This document shows positions 1-13,969 of a stretch of DNA of 64,000 bases, in pieces. The position numbers were made by a program, and so were the translations under genes. Under the pieces are notes generated by a model. It did no database searches, was not told the DNA's origin, and saw only the letters and a list, made by a program, of their open reading frames with translations. Location of the stretch: the NCBI RefSeq assembly GCF_009914755.1, contig NC_060929.1; one strand, 5' to 3'. This DNA comes from the human T2T-CHM13v2.0 reference genome, Homo sapiens. Each line of letters opens with the position of its first letter. The stretch's first letter is position 1.

Positions 1-2586
1 TGGTTTCTACTCCTGCTATGCTGCCTTCTCTCTCAGCCTACACCTATGGCAGTATGAAGCATACCCTCTGATCAGTTCACAAAGGAAGAAAAGACTGGGG
101 CCTGGTTTAGAGATGGTTCTAAACTATATGCAGGCACCACTCAAAAGTGGACAGCTATAGCGCTACAGCCCCTTTCATAGATGTCCCTGGACAGTAGTAA
201 GGTAAAATCTTCTCAATGGGAAGAACTTGGTAGGGGGGCACCTGGTTGTGCACCTGGGAGGAGAAATGACTAGGTGTATGATTACATTATCTACTGATGG
301 GCTGTGGCCAATGGTTTGGTTGGATGCTTAGGGACTTGGAAAGGCATGATTTGAAAATTGGTGACAAAAAATTGGAGGAAGAAGTATGCAGATAGATCTC
401 TCTGAGTGGGCAAAGGATGTAAATATTATTCATGTCCCATGTGAATGCTCACTAAAGATTGACCTCAGCAAAGAAAGACTTTAATAATCAGGTAGATAGG
501 ATGATCTATCCCGTGCTTCTGTGGATACTAGTCAGCCTCTTTCCCTAGCTAATTCTGTCATCACCAAATTAGCTCATGAACAATGTGGCCACAGTGGCAG
601 GGATGAGTGTTATGAATGGGCTCACCAACATGGACTTCCACTCACCAAGGTTGACCAGGCCATGACCACCACTGAGTTCCCAATCTGCCAGCAGCAGAAA
701 CCAACACTGAACCCCCCAGTATGGCACAATCTTCCTGGGGTGATCAACCAGCTACCTGGTGGTGGATTTATCCCATAGGATCACTTCCATCATGGAATAG
801 GGCAATTTTTTTCCTTCCTGGAATAGATACTAACTCTGGATATGGATTTGCTTTCTCTGCATGCAATGTTTCTGCCAAAATTAACATTTGTAAACTCACA
901 AAATGCCTTGTGATATTCTACACAGTGAATACCATCAGGATATTCTACACAGTGTTGCTCGTAATCAAGGAACTCACTACTTGGCCAAAGGAGTGCAGCA
1001 ATGAACTCGTGCTCACAGAATTCACTGATCTTACCATGTTCCCCATCGTCCTGAAGCAGTTGGTTTGATGAAAAGGTAGAACAGCTTTTGAAATCCCAGC
1101 TACAGTGCCAGCTAGGTGACAATAGCTAGCACTGCAGGGCTGGGACAAAGTTCTTTAGAAGGCTTCATGTGCTCTAAATCGGCTCCCGATACATAGTACT
1201 CTTTCTCCCATAACCAGGATTCAGGGGTCCAGGAATCAAGGGGTGCAATAAAAATGAAACCACTCACAATTGACCCTAGTGATGTATTAGCAAATTTTTT
1301 ATTCCCTGTTCCCACAGCTTTATATACTGCTGGCCTAGGGGTCTTACTTCGAAAGAGAGGGATGCTTCCATCAGGAGAAACAACAATGATTCCATTTAAC
1401 TGGAATGTAAGGCTGCCACTTTGCCACTTTGGGCTCCTCTGAGACAACAGGCTAAGAAAGGAATTATGGTGGTGGCTGGGGTGATTTACCTGGACTACAA
1501 AGGAAATATTGGACTATTATTCCACAATGTAGGTAAGAAATAGCATGTCTGAAATACAGAAGATCCCTTAGGGCTTGTCTTGTACTATTATTGTAAGGTT
1601 CTTCTATCCGTTCAAACCCTGAGAGCGTGCCAACAGACAACACAAGGCAGTGTGGAGTAACACGCTGTTTTAATGAGTGCCTGGGTGCACGCGGGCTGAG
1701 GTCTAAAATGGCGTCAGCCCCAAGTGAAGACGGGGCAAAGATTTTATAGTCTCTTGTAAACAGGAAGTGTCCTAGTCTGACGTAACTGCTGTGTGGTACG
1801 CGGATGGCCTTTCTCGATCTTCAGGGGTACGTGTCTTCCAGCCAGGGTAGCTGTCTTCTGACTGGCTCTCTTCCTGCTTTTGCTATCTTACTGACACATG
1901 CTGCTGATGCAAGTGGCCTTACACTTTGAAGACCGGGCCTGAGAAGGCAGGAGTTACTCATCCCCTTAAGCTTTCAGGCCCCAGGGAGAATCTTACAATT
2001 ATGCTGTGTGATTAAGGTCAATGGGAAACTGTAATAATCCAATTCAGGCAAGACTATGAATAGCTCAGACTCTTCAGGAATGCAGCCTTGGGTCACCCCA
2101 CCAGGTAAAGAACCATGACTGGCTAAGGTGCTTGCTGGAGACAAAGGGAATACAGAATGAATAGTAGAAGAAGATAGTTATAAATACCAGCTACAATCAG
2201 ATGACCAGTTGCAGAAATGAGGACTGTAATTTGTTCTAAGTATTTTCTCCTGGTTTTGTTAGGAATACATCTGTGCATATGTGTACATATATTAAGCAAA
2301 TATCTTTAGTTTTGCTTCTCTCATTGCTTTATCATAACATAATATTAATTGCATTTATATAAGTATTTAAGTATTGTTAATTTTATGTCATTGTATTTAA
2401 GAAAGGGGATATCAGGAGAAGAGTAAACATCACTCAAAGAGTACCTCCTCTTCTGAAGACAGGACTAATGAGTTTTTGGTTTTACAGAGCTTCATGTTAA
2501 GCAAAACTAATACTTTATTATTGTTTTTATTTGAAGAGTATGGCTTAGGAAGATGTGTATGGATGCCAGTTGACAAGGGTTGGGCT
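1..2586 (+). mobile_element. ERVL (HERV-L-like) internal region: decayed RNaseH/integrase and dUTPase, interrupted by a solo LTR
   Basis: ORF 521-778 has an integrase Zn-finger-like motif (AHEQCGH...PICQQ); ORF 721-1068 has the integrase core (GIDTNSGYGFAF); ORF 1254-1442 is dUTPase-like (GMLPSGETTMIPFNWNVRLPLCHFGLL). Many stops and frameshifts. PPT-like GACAAGGGTTGGGCT lies just before the LTR at 2587. Confidence 0.9.
1592..1997 (-). mobile_element. Solo ERV LTR nested in the ERVL internal region (resembles LTR3/HML-6; family uncertain)
   Basis: Terminal inverted TGTAAG...CTTACA; perfect 5-bp TSD ATTAT at 1587-1591 and 1998-2002; more CpGs than the flanks; TATAAAA and ATTAAA on the minus strand. 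Confidence 0.8.
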
Positions 2587-3231
2587 TGTAAAGATTAATT
2601 TTAGGTGTTGATTTGACTGGAAGGAGTACCTAAAAACCTGGTAAAGCACTATGTTTGGGTGTGTCTGTGAGAATGTTTCCAGAAGAGATTAGTGTGGGAG
2701 ACTGGGTGGATTTTCGTTTCTTTTTCTTTTTATTCTCCTTTCTGTATTTCCCAGTCTGATGGATTAATTGGGAAAGGTCCATCTTCAATGTGGGTAGGCA
2801 GCATCCAATCTCCTAGCAGGCCCAGAGAGAATAAAAACAGAGAAAAGGAAAAATACATTAATCTATCTGCTGGAACTAAGATATATTCTTCCTCTCCAGT
2901 CGTTGGACAATTCCATGCTCTCCAGGCTTTGGACTTCAGGACTGGAAGTCAGGACCACTGACTTCCTACCAGACCCTCGGATTCTCAGGTCTTTGGCCTT
3001 GAACTGAGAGTTTACACCAACAGCTTCCTTGGCTTTGAGGCTTAGAGAGTTGGACTAAGTTATGCTACAAGCATTCAAAGGTCTCCAGCTTGCAGATGTC
3101 CTGTTGTGAAACTTCTCAGCCTCTATAATCAATTAGCCAATTTATCTAATAAATTTCCTCTCACATCTCTCTCTTTCTCTTTCTACCCCTCCTCATTGGT
3201 TCTGCCTCTCTGGAGAACCATGACTTATATA
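2587..3231 (+). mobile_element. MLT2B-type LTR, the 3' LTR of the ERVL
   Basis: Starts TGTAAAGATTAATTTTAGGTGT (MLT2 start TGTGATGGTTAATTTT); contains GGGTGTGTCTGTGAG; ends CTCTGGAGAACCATGACTTATATA. Confidence 0.85.
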
Positions 3232-3273
3232 GAAAGTAAACAGCTCACTACCTGATGTAGACTGTAATTGCTC

Positions 3274-3655
3274 TGTTGCAGGCTTAATTGTGTTTTCCCC
3301 AAATTTATACTGAAGATTTAACTCCCAGTAACACAAAATATTACTGCATTTGAATATAAGGTCTTTAAATAGTGATTAAGTTAAAATGAAGTTATTAATG
3401 TGGGCCCAATTATGTTACTGGCATCTTTATAAGAAGGAGAAGTTGGGCACAGACAAAAATATAGGGAAGATCATGTGAAGATACAGTGAGGAGACAGCCA
3501 TCTACAAGCCAAGGAAAAAGGTCTCAGAAGAAACCAACCCTGTAGACACTTTGATCTCAAATTCTAACCTCCAAAACTATGAGAAAGTAAGTTGCTCTTG
3601 TTCAAGCCAGGCAATCTGTGGTACTTTGTCATGGCAGCCCTAGCAAACTAATACA
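3274..3655 (+). mobile_element. MLT1B solo LTR (MaLR)
   Basis: CAGCCATCTACAAGCCAAGG...CTCAGAAGAAACCAACCCTG; ends GGCAGCCCTAGCAAACTAATACA. Confidence 0.88.
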
Positions 3656-3974
3656 CATAGTGAGCAGAAATAGCATACAGGATGGTCTAGTCTAGTGGAA
3701 AGATGTGAGGTCTGAGGTGTGCTATAGGTCTGAGTTCAAGAGGGTGCAAAGAAGTAAGCTTTAGAATTTGGACTCTAAGATACACTGCTGAGCTTCTAAT
3801 TTTAAAGAAAATAAGAAATGTGCTACATTTTTTTCAATGGAGGAAGAATCTCAAATTAAAAATACAATAACAATAATTAACTGGGGACATAATGAGTCAA
3901 GTCTTAATTCTAGGAGTTCTCTAAGAGTCCTGAATAATGGGAATACTATAACATTAATAGAAGGCTTAAAATAT

Positions 3975-4172
3975 ACCTGACACTACTATTCAAATGTGAC
4001 TCATTTAATCCTTACAACCCCATGAGGTATCCAATATGATGGTCAATTCCGTCTTACAGGCTGAGAAAAGGAACATGAAGAAGTTAAGTAAATTTCTCAA
4101 AGACGACATGCAAATGAAATGAAAAGGAAAAACCAGGCATTTTAACTCAGATAATCTGAATCTAAAAATCCA
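3975..4172 (-). mobile_element. MIR SINE
   Basis: CTCATTTAATCCTTACAACCCCATGAGGTA...GTTAAGTAAATTTCTCAAAG, the reverse-strand MIR core. Confidence 0.7.
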
Positions 4173-4621
4173 AACACCAACGCATTTTTTTCTATACTCC
4201 TTCTTTTTACAGTTTAAATCCGTGGAACAATTCTAGACTAGATACATGTTTTAGTTAATACTGTTGAAATTTCTACTTGTTTTTTTGTTTAATTAATTGT
4301 TTATATGTTATTATTATTGATTTATATGTGTTCAGAAAATTTAACTCTCTAATATAATTAGCAGCTACTTTATAAATAAGAATACATATTACGTTATGAC
4401 TAAAAATCTTTAGAAATAATTTTTGCTGAATTATGACTTTACTAAGAAGGAAACTAATATCACACAGTTTGAATATTAGAGTAAGTAACAGAAACCAAAC
4501 TGAAGAGGAATATGAAAATAAAATATTTGTTATTTTTTAAACCTTATGTTTATTACTGGTCATATTCTGAGAATTTGCAAACAAGGACAGTTTTCTCAAT
4601 TGGTATTTTAAAGCCACAAAA

Positions 4622-5600
4622 TAAAGATGACATACAAATGGCAAATAGGCATAAGAAAAGGTACTCAACATCACTGATCATCAGAGAAAGGAAAATTAAA
4701 ACTACAAGGAGATATCTATTCCAGTTAAAACGGCTTATAGCCAAAAACAAACAAATACAAAATACAGGCAATAGGAAATGCTGGTGAGGATGTAGAGAAA
4801 AAAGAAGTCTTGTATACTGTTAGTGGGAATGTAAATTAGTACAACCATTATGGAGAACAATTTGGAGGTTCCTCCAAAAACTGAAAATAGAGCTTCCATA
4901 TCATCCAGCACTTACAGTACTGGGTATATACCCAAAAGAAAGGAAATCAGTATGTCGAAGAAATACCTACTTTTTTGTGTTTGTTACAGCACTGTTCACA
5001 ATAGCTAAGATTTGGAAGCCACCGAAGTGTCCATCAACAGATGCATGGATAAAGAAAATGTGGCACATATTCACAATGGAGTACTATTCAGCCATAAAAA
5101 AAGAATGAGATCCTGTCATTTTCAACAACAACGATGGAAGTGGAGATTTTTAGGTTAGGTGAAATAAACCAGGAACAGAAAGACAAATATTGCATGTTCT
5201 CACTTATCAGTAGGATCTAAAAATCAAAACAATTGAACCCATGGATGTAGAGAGTAGAAGGATGGTTATCAGAGGCTGGGAAGTGTAGTGGGGGAATGAG
5301 GGTGGATTAATGGTTATAAAACACGGTTAAAAAGAATTAATAAAACCTACTATTTGATAGCACCACAGGGTGACTATAGTTAATAATAACTTAACAACTT
5401 AATTTTACATTTTGGAATTACTAAAAGAGAGTAAATGGATTGCTTGTTACACAAAGGATAAATGCAGAATAATTACATTATTACAGGGATGGATACCCTG
5501 TTCTCCATGATGTGATTATTATACATTGTATAACTCTATCAAAACTTCTTATGTGCCACAGGTATACATCTACTGTGTATCTACAAAATATTTTTTTAAA
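4622..5600 (+). mobile_element. L1MA2-like 3' end, 5'-truncated
   Basis: ORF2 C-terminus (DIQMANRHKKRYSTSLIIRE...KCW) followed by the L1MA1-3 3'UTR (GATCTAAAAATCAAAACAATTGAAC...CTACTATTTGATAGCAC). Confidence 0.88.
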
Positions 5601-7049
5601 AGACACAAAATAAATCTACCATTAATAAAAAAAGTTATATAGACTGTGGCATCTTCAGAATTGACTGAAAATATAATAAATTTAAATAACAACTCTACTC
5701 CAATACTGGTATTTGTCTGCATATCTATTTGTATATATGTAAGAAATCACAACATATATGCCTCAATATTAGCAATTGTATTAAACTTGTTCCAATATGT
5801 ATATACATGGATAGCAGACGATAGAAAAATGGACATATGTATAATTTAAAAAATATGTGTAGTCAGGATATACCAACTTTAAACATTTATGGGATTGCAT
5901 TATACTTTATTTAATTAGAATCATTGTTCTATTTGTTAGGATATCCATTTAATTACAGTCTTAAACTTTAAGAATTCAAAGGAGACTGAGGCTCGAATTT
6001 AGTATACTTCTGTTTTACTTGAACATATATCATGTAATAATTAAGACTACTTCATTTATTCTAAAATTTCTAATAATTGATGTCAAATATGTTTTATACT
6101 TAATAACACTTGTTAAAGCAGTAGAGAAATGCAATTGCACAACAATATGATTTGAACATCTCTTTATATCTAAGATTAATAATAATGATGTTTTAAATTT
6201 TATTCACAATAAACAATTATTTACAGAATAATATTGTAATCTTTACCTAAGGGAGTTGCTAATAATATGGCAAGTTATTTAAATAACAAATCATATTGGC
6301 TTTCTTAATGTAATTATTTTGAATATAACACATTTTCATGAAACTATATCCATGTAACTTTTATTTTGGCTATTACTATTGTTTTGTTTTCCAATTAAGG
6401 AATTTCAGAAATAAAGAACTACAGAATATCTGGTAATGTGAGAATCTGTAGCGAACTTATTATATTGTTGCTGTTTTTTGGTGTTTTCAGGTTTTCTATA
6501 AGATCATTACACACCTTAAACTTTCCCAGCTAGAATTTTTCAGATAGAGGCTACATCATTTTTCTCCACTTATTTACTCCCCATTCATTTTTTAATTACT
6601 GTATTAATTTTTATCAAAGTTATAAGTACACATATTATGAAATATTAACTGATTCTACACTTGCATTCCTAGTTGTAACTCCACAGAGATAATTATTTTA
6701 GAATCTTAACTCTGTTGACATATGCCTTCTTCTGGTTAAATATTACTTATATAACTACTTCTTGATTTCTTATTTTGGAACATTGTCTATTAATGAGAAT
6801 TTTGATCTCTTTCAATCCATCCTCATTTTACTCAATCCTAGTTTCCTTTTTCCACATCACAAATATAGTTAGATTGTGATTTTGGATACACTATAGATTA
6901 GTATTCAGATTTATATTATTCTGATAATGTAAATTTTACTTACATGTCAGTTACAGGGTATTTGATCATGTCATTTTATGTCTTGGTAGGAATTCACAAT
7001 TTCTTCAGACTTAGTCATAATTTTGTTTGCTTTAGTTTCTGAACATGTC

Positions 7050-7496
7050 TGTACTTGTTTCCTATGGTTGCTAAAACAAATTACCATAAACTTTATAGTT
7101 TAAAATAATAGAAATTTATTCCCTCAAATTTCTAGAGGTCAGGAGTCTGAAATCCGGCTGCCACAGGGCCATGCTTCTTCTGAAGCCTTTAGGAAAGAAT
7201 TATTTTTTTTTCCATCTTTCAGCTTCTGTTGATTCTTGGTGATTGTGCCTTGTGGCAGCATAACTCCAATCTCTGCCTCCATCATTTCTGTGTCTTTGGC
7301 TCAAATATCCCTCCCATTTCTCTTATAAAGATGCCCACATATTTGATTTAAGGTCCTCTCTAAATGCAAGATAATCTTATCTCGAGATTGTTAATTAAAT
7401 CTGCAATGGCCTAATTTTCAAATAAGGTCATGTTCACAAGTATTGGGGTGAAGTCTTGGACACATCTTTTTGAGGGATACAATTCAAGCCACTACA
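7050..7496 (-). mobile_element. MLT1C-like solo LTR
   Basis: AACAAATTACCATAAACT...AGAAATTTATT; TTTCAAATAAGGTCATGTTCAC; ends ACAATTCAAGCCACTACA. Confidence 0.82.
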
Positions 7497-8097
7497 GTAT
7501 CACAGTATCAAATGTGTATAAGAACATTCACTATTTTATCTTAAATTTTAAGCAAATCTTTTCTAAAGCCTCCAGACCTGCTCCAACTTAGACAGTGGTT
7601 CTCTTCGCCAGATACCTGGCTCTTATTTTAGGAACCCCTTTCAGAGTCATCTGGAGAATTTCTTCCATCTGTGTCTTTTGTTGCTGAGTCCCTGTTTTCT
7701 TAATCCAGTGTCTTACTCTTTCTTTGTTTATATCCTTCATTTTTGTATGTCTGTCTTCTCAATAGTTCTTTGAAAAAGAAAAAATGAGACTTTGCATGTC
7801 TATAAATATCTTAATTCCAAATTTACCTTTAACTATAAATGCTGCAAAACGTGAATGTGTAGATTTTTTGATGTGTTAAGTAGTAGGTGAACTTTCATCT
7901 TGTTTGTAGTAGCCTGTTTACCACTTGATTCGTGGTACTGAGCTTTGCTCAAAATAGAAATAATATACACTAGTGGATGTGGCAGCATAACTATTTATAT
8001 CCCAAATCTACCTCAGAGGTATACATTACCAGCTCATCTACATTATTTCTTGAAAATCAAAATTGTTTGACTTGTGTGCCTGAGTTTGTTTGTTTGA

Positions 8098-8918
8098 TTA
8101 TTATTTCAATAGCTTTAAGGGTACAAGCGATTTTTGGTTACACGGGCACATTGTACACTGGTGAATTCCGGGGTTTTAGTTTACCCATTACTTGAATAGT
8201 GTTCATTGTACCAAATAGGTAACATTTTATTCCTAACCCCTCTCTCACCTTCCCCTCTTCAGAGGCTTCTGTGGCCATTGTACACCTATGTAGGCTTTTG
8301 TGTACCCATAGCTTAGCTCCCACTTATAAATTAGAATGTGCTGTATTTGATTTTTTGTTCCTAAGTTACTTCACTTAGGAAAATAGCCTGCAGTTCCAGA
8401 CAAGTTGCTAAAAAAGAAAATTTTTAATATCTTTTATGGCTCAGTAATATTCCATGGTGTGTGTGTGTATATATGCATACATACAAATACATATGTGTGT
8501 ATATATGTACAAATATTTCTATACATATTTATAATAGCATTTTATTTATCCATTCATTGATTAATGGGCACTTAGGTTGATTTCATATCTTTGCAATTGT
8601 AAATTGTGCTGTGATGATCACACACATGTGCAGATGTCTTTTGGATATAATCACTTCTCTTCCTTTGAGTTGTTACCCAGTAGTAGGATTACTGAAGAAA
8701 ATAGTAGATCTACCTTTAATTCTTTGAGAAATCTCTGTTCTGTTTTCTCTAGAGGTTGTACTAATTTACATTGCCACCAACAGCATATAAATGTTCTCTT
8801 TTCATCACATCCACACCAACATCTATTGTGTATCTTCTTTTGAGAAATGTCTGTTGATGTCGTTTGCCCACTCTTTAATGAGATTGTTTTTTTCTCACTG
8901 ATTTGTTTGAGTTTCTAG
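8098..8918 (-). mobile_element. L1PB3/4-like 3' end with an internal TG/TA tract and an internal deletion near 8830
   Basis: TTATTTCAATAGCTTT...GGTTACA; CATAGCTTAGCTCCCACTTATAA; antisense ORF2 3' sequence. Confidence 0.85.
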
Positions 8919-9647
8919 TTTATTTATTATATGAAGTCATGTAGCCTAAGCTTTTCTGAGACTTAGCTATCTCACACATATTTCGATGATGTGATTTGGA
9001 TTCTGTGCAACTCTGAGACAGAACACTAGAAGCTGTGTTTGGGTGTTTTAAGACTCCCAGTAGATCATAGTGTCTCCTAATGATATAAATCTTTTGCCTG
9101 AGATAAAACTTATGAATGTAACTTGTTAGAGTCTTGAGTCTTATCAATTATCCCACCAAGTGTAATTACTGCAGATATTCCTTTCCTTTGTGTTTTTAAA
9201 ACATATTTCCATATACTAATTGTTATTGTTGTTTGGAAAAATGTTTTTGTGTATTCTGATCCTTATGTTTGATTAAGCCCATTGTGTTATTTTCTTTACA
9301 TTTCTAGGATCTTACTTTGATATTAACTGACCTGAAATGTCATGATTGACTTGTATTAGTGTAGGATTATTTGTATCCTACCAGTTGTACGCTTGATATC
9401 TTCTTTTAATCTAGAAATATGTGGATTATTTTCTGGAATTTCTATCATTGGGCTTTTATATCAGCAGGGCTGGTCCTATAAGTTTATTTTCTTTTAATTT
9501 TTTTATCTTTTTGTGCTTTTATGTATAACTTCTTTAACCTTAACTGTATATTATTTCAGTTACCATATAATTACCTTACAAAAACCCATTTTCTCCCTCT
9601 GGCTATTCTTTTACATGCATCCAGATTTAAATAGCTTCTCGTACTGC

Positions 9648-9930
9648 TTTTTTTTTTTTTTTTGGAGACAGAATCTTGCTCTATCATCCAGGCTGGAGGG
9701 CAAGGGCATGATCTCGGCTTACTGCAACCTCCTCCTGTCAGGTTCAAGCAATTCTCCAGCCTCAGTTGGGACTGCATGCACGTGCCACTGGGTTTTGCTA
9801 ATTTTTTTGTAATTTTAGTAGACATAATGTTTCACCATGTTGGCCAGGCTGGTCTTGAATCCTGACCTCAGGTGATCCTCCCACCTCAGCCTCTCAAAGT
9901 ACTAGGATTACAGAAGTGAGCTGCCACGCT
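9648..9930 (-). mobile_element. AluS
   Basis: Poly-T then antisense Alu dimer; degenerate TSD CTTCTCGTACTGCTT / CTTCTCATACTTCTT. Confidence 0.93.
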
Positions 9931-9955
9931 TCTCATACTTCTTAATAAGACTATT

Positions 9956-10623
9956 TGTGAGATATTTGGCTGCTGATTAAAAACCTTTGTGTGATTTTTC
10001 AGGCCTGACCATGGGTAATTACAAAGGCTTAACCTGCAGGCCTCAAGCTGCCCTCCCAACACCAGAGTCAGTGCACAGCTTATGCGTCGGTCCTTGGAAG
10101 AAGTGCCAGTGAAGGACTCAGGCTCCTCTGGCTGGTGATGCTCCTAACATGTTTGCATTCCAAGCCTAGGTGCCTTCATTCTTTATCTGAGGCCTTGGGC
10201 AGATAAAGGTATCTGAAGAAGTTCAGATACCTTAAGGGAGGAGGGAAAAAGCTTGAAAATACTTTGCTCTGCTCTGACTTACTACTTTGTACTTTTCCAG
10301 TTCTGACTCTTTCTGGTTTTTCTCCCTCAGGTCTATGGGGACCGTAAAACTGTTAAAGACTTTTGTTCAGGCTCCCTCAACAGTGAAATGATGCCCCCTC
10401 CCCCCACATCTGTGTTGATCTACTTTACTCTCAATCGGTGCATCCTTCCACATGGGAAAATGGAATATAGGGCATCAGTGCATTCTCTGGTTGTAGCTTC
10501 TTGCTTATATCATCAAGGAAATGATTAGAGGCTTCACACTTTCATTTTTGGCTTGCAGCTTTAATTGGCTACTCAGACACCTGACAACACATCTCTTTTG
10601 CCAGCTCAATTGAGCTCCCTACA
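9956..10623 (+). mobile_element. Probable old ERVL-class solo LTR, family not identified
   Basis: ~670-bp GC-richer block bounded by TG...CA (ends GAGCTCCCTACA); no clear TSD; strand tentative. Confidence 0.5.
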
Positions 10624-11629
10624 ATTCATAATACATTTTTCAAATTTGTTTCTACCTTACCAGTCTATGCTCCTAAAGGGTGCATTTTCTTTTTCCTGTT
10701 TTTCTGGATCATTCACATAGATAGATTGATGGCCTTCTACTCATATTTATGCAGTAAATAATGGCTTTAAAAATCTGAAAATTTTGCAGATTTTTGAACA
10801 TTCTATTTCTATTGATGTAGCACAGGTTGGCTTCCTATTGCATTTCATAATCCAAATTAATTGGATTTACAATTAGATATGTTTATCTGACTGTCTAATA
10901 ATGCTTCTATAATTCATGATATTTTACATATCTGTGTTTGTCTGTCTCTTCACAAATACTTTTAAGTTTATTTTCTAATCTTCAACATTTAATTTATATA
11001 AAATCAAACAATTCATTCTTATTTCCTTTTAAAATTGAAAACAGGCATAAAGAAAATTACCTAGCTTCCTAATTCTACTCCCAGGTTTAAGTGGAAAGGT
11101 GTTAATAACATGCAATGCAACTGTGCAGCACATCATATATGTGCACGTGCCTGCTGTATATACTGTAAACTCACAATTTGGTATCATCGTGCACCTGCAT
11201 ATCAGTGTATGTAACAGACATTTTGGAATAAATATTTAAAAGACCTTTGTTTCAAAAATTTATACCATATTCTATAATCTCAGACCCACGTGTTTTATAA
11301 AGGTAAAGTGAATTTCATTTAATGGGATTAAATAAAAAAAAAACTCCACCTTTGACTTCAATAAAATGATATTCTTTTCCTCAGAGACTTTAGAACCTTT
11401 GGAGTTTATTGGAGAATGGGAGGTTTCTATGTTTCTCTCTTGAATAATTTTGTTTATTCTGAAGAACTTTTTACTTCCTTACTTCTGAAAGAAGCACTTC
11501 TTTCAGGGCTTTTGATGATTTTCTTAGTTTGTATGCATTCAAAATGTCTTTCTTTATTGAAGTTCCTTTTTTATTCTCTTATTTTTTCTATCTCTAGAAA
11601 TCTAAATAATCTAAGCTAGATTTTTTTTC

Positions 11630-12390
11630 TTTCACAAGTTTACTCTTTTATTTCTATGGTTCCTGTTGAAAAGTCAGCTATCTTATTAATTCACCTTTGC
11701 ATTTAATGTTCATCCCTAACAGCTTTTAAAAAATGTTCTCTGTGCCTTTGGAATTAAAATAGTTTGACAAGTGCTTTGGGAAGTATGTTTATATGTGCCT
11801 GATTATGTGTTTGGTTTTCTTTGTAGGGTTAGTTGAGACCTTGCTTCTGTGATTTGATGTCTTTCATTAGTAGGAAAATTTTTGTTCAACATTTTGTTAA
11901 ATTCTGTTTCTACTATTTATTTCTCCTTACCTGTTGTGAGAAGGATTTACATATTTTACATTATTAGAACTTTGGAGGGTTTCCTCCTTGCTCTCTGATT
12001 CTAATTATACATGTTGGTCCTATTGATGTGGCCCTTAAATGCATCTGGTGGGTTTTGTTTTCTTTTTTTTTTTCCCAGTTCAGATATGTTCCATGATTCT
12101 GTCACTGAGTTTAGTAATTCTCTTTCTCTTTTGTCCAGTGTACTGTAAACACAAGTCCAGATAGTTTATATTCAGTTGTCACATAATCATGAGTCTGAAT
12201 AGATTAGAAATCTCTGTTAAAACTATTGAAAATTTCCATTTTATTTATACTTTTCTTCATTTTGTCAAGGTTACTTTAAGGTACTTTATGTAAACTTCAA
12301 TATCTGAATCATCATCTATACATCTGATTCTATATTTGCATTTTCCTTCATTACCATTCATACTTTTCTACCTCTTTGCACACAGTGTAT
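11630..12390 (-). mobile_element. Old L1M/L1ME fragments
   Basis: T-rich antisense L1 ORF1-type sequence, e.g. GTTCCTGTTGAAAAGTCAGCT and TTGATGTCTTTCATTAGTAGGAAAATT; highly diverged. Confidence 0.55.
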
Positions 12391-13683
12391 GCTGGAAATT
12401 TTGTATAGGAGAACCATAGAGGATCTAGATGACACTCCCAAAAGATACAATTCCACTTTTACTCTATTAAAAAGAATAAATGAGCCTGGTCTGTCTAGAG
12501 ATGATGACTCATTCTATCTTGTCTACCTTGCAATAGTCCCCCCAGACTTCGGATTAGCTCCTGCTAGACCTGTGACTCTTCACACAGGACAGACTGCAGG
12601 AGCGTTAGTTCTGTATTGAAAAGATTTTGAGGTTTATGTATAGGGTTCTCAAACCAAAGAGCTTCAAAGATTGCACATTTCTTGAGGACTATCACGTCTT
12701 TAATGCAGACTCACTCTCTCCACTAGGACTTTATGTACCATTAACTTTGAGGCTGCAGATGTTTTCACATCACCATTTAAAACCTTGTGTCACAGTTCCC
12801 AGCACCTCCAGTGTATTTAGCAAATATCTCATATTCTAAAAATGCCCACATTTTCCTCTTTTTCACATCAGAGTCCCACAGCCTGATCTGAAAATGATCC
12901 TTAGAACTGGCAATTACACATTGCAAACAAAGCAGCCAGTAATCCTCAATTCACCATGAACATACATACACTCTGTGCAATTTTATTTTATCACATTTTT
13001 ACTGTTTCACACCTCTTTGTTGTCCTTAGAATTTTTTTTTTTTTTTTTTTTTGTGATTTAACTGACTGGTTCTAGCTATTGCAGGGCAGCATTGCCCTTC
13101 CATAGTCTAGCAGATGCAACATATATCCCCATATATTTTAGTGAGAATTTGAAAAGTATGTTTGAAAATACCCAGTTTATACTTCCTGCTTAAGTCCTCA
13201 GTGCCTATTCTTTTCTTCAGTTCCTCTGGTGTGCCTTGCTACAGATTTCACTTTCATGACATTCCACATCCAAGTAAACCTCTCTTTAAGTCCGAGAATA
13301 ATTATTACTAATCAAAGTTTTCATAACAGGGAAAAATAATGTTTTGTTCCTAGTCAAAGTTTAATGACAAGATTGGCTTTACTGCCACTGAGGCACTGAG
13401 ATCCCAGAAGGCCCTGTAAAGATCTTATTCTGAAATTTCAGAAATTAGTTTCATCAGCTTTCAGAATGAACCATAGACACTGGTGCCATGTGAAATCACT
13501 TTTGTCAATATGTAATTGAAATGTAAACACCCTCCTCTAGTAAGGAGCTTTGTGTCAAGCTCATGGAGGGCTTTATAAACATTGTAGCTCTCACTGTAGT
13601 GCTGAATAAATGTAGACACTGCCCTGTAAAACAGTTCCCACTTCTCAGGATCAGGGTATCCTCTATACAAGGCAACTCTTTAG

Positions 13684-13969
<286 letters not shown>

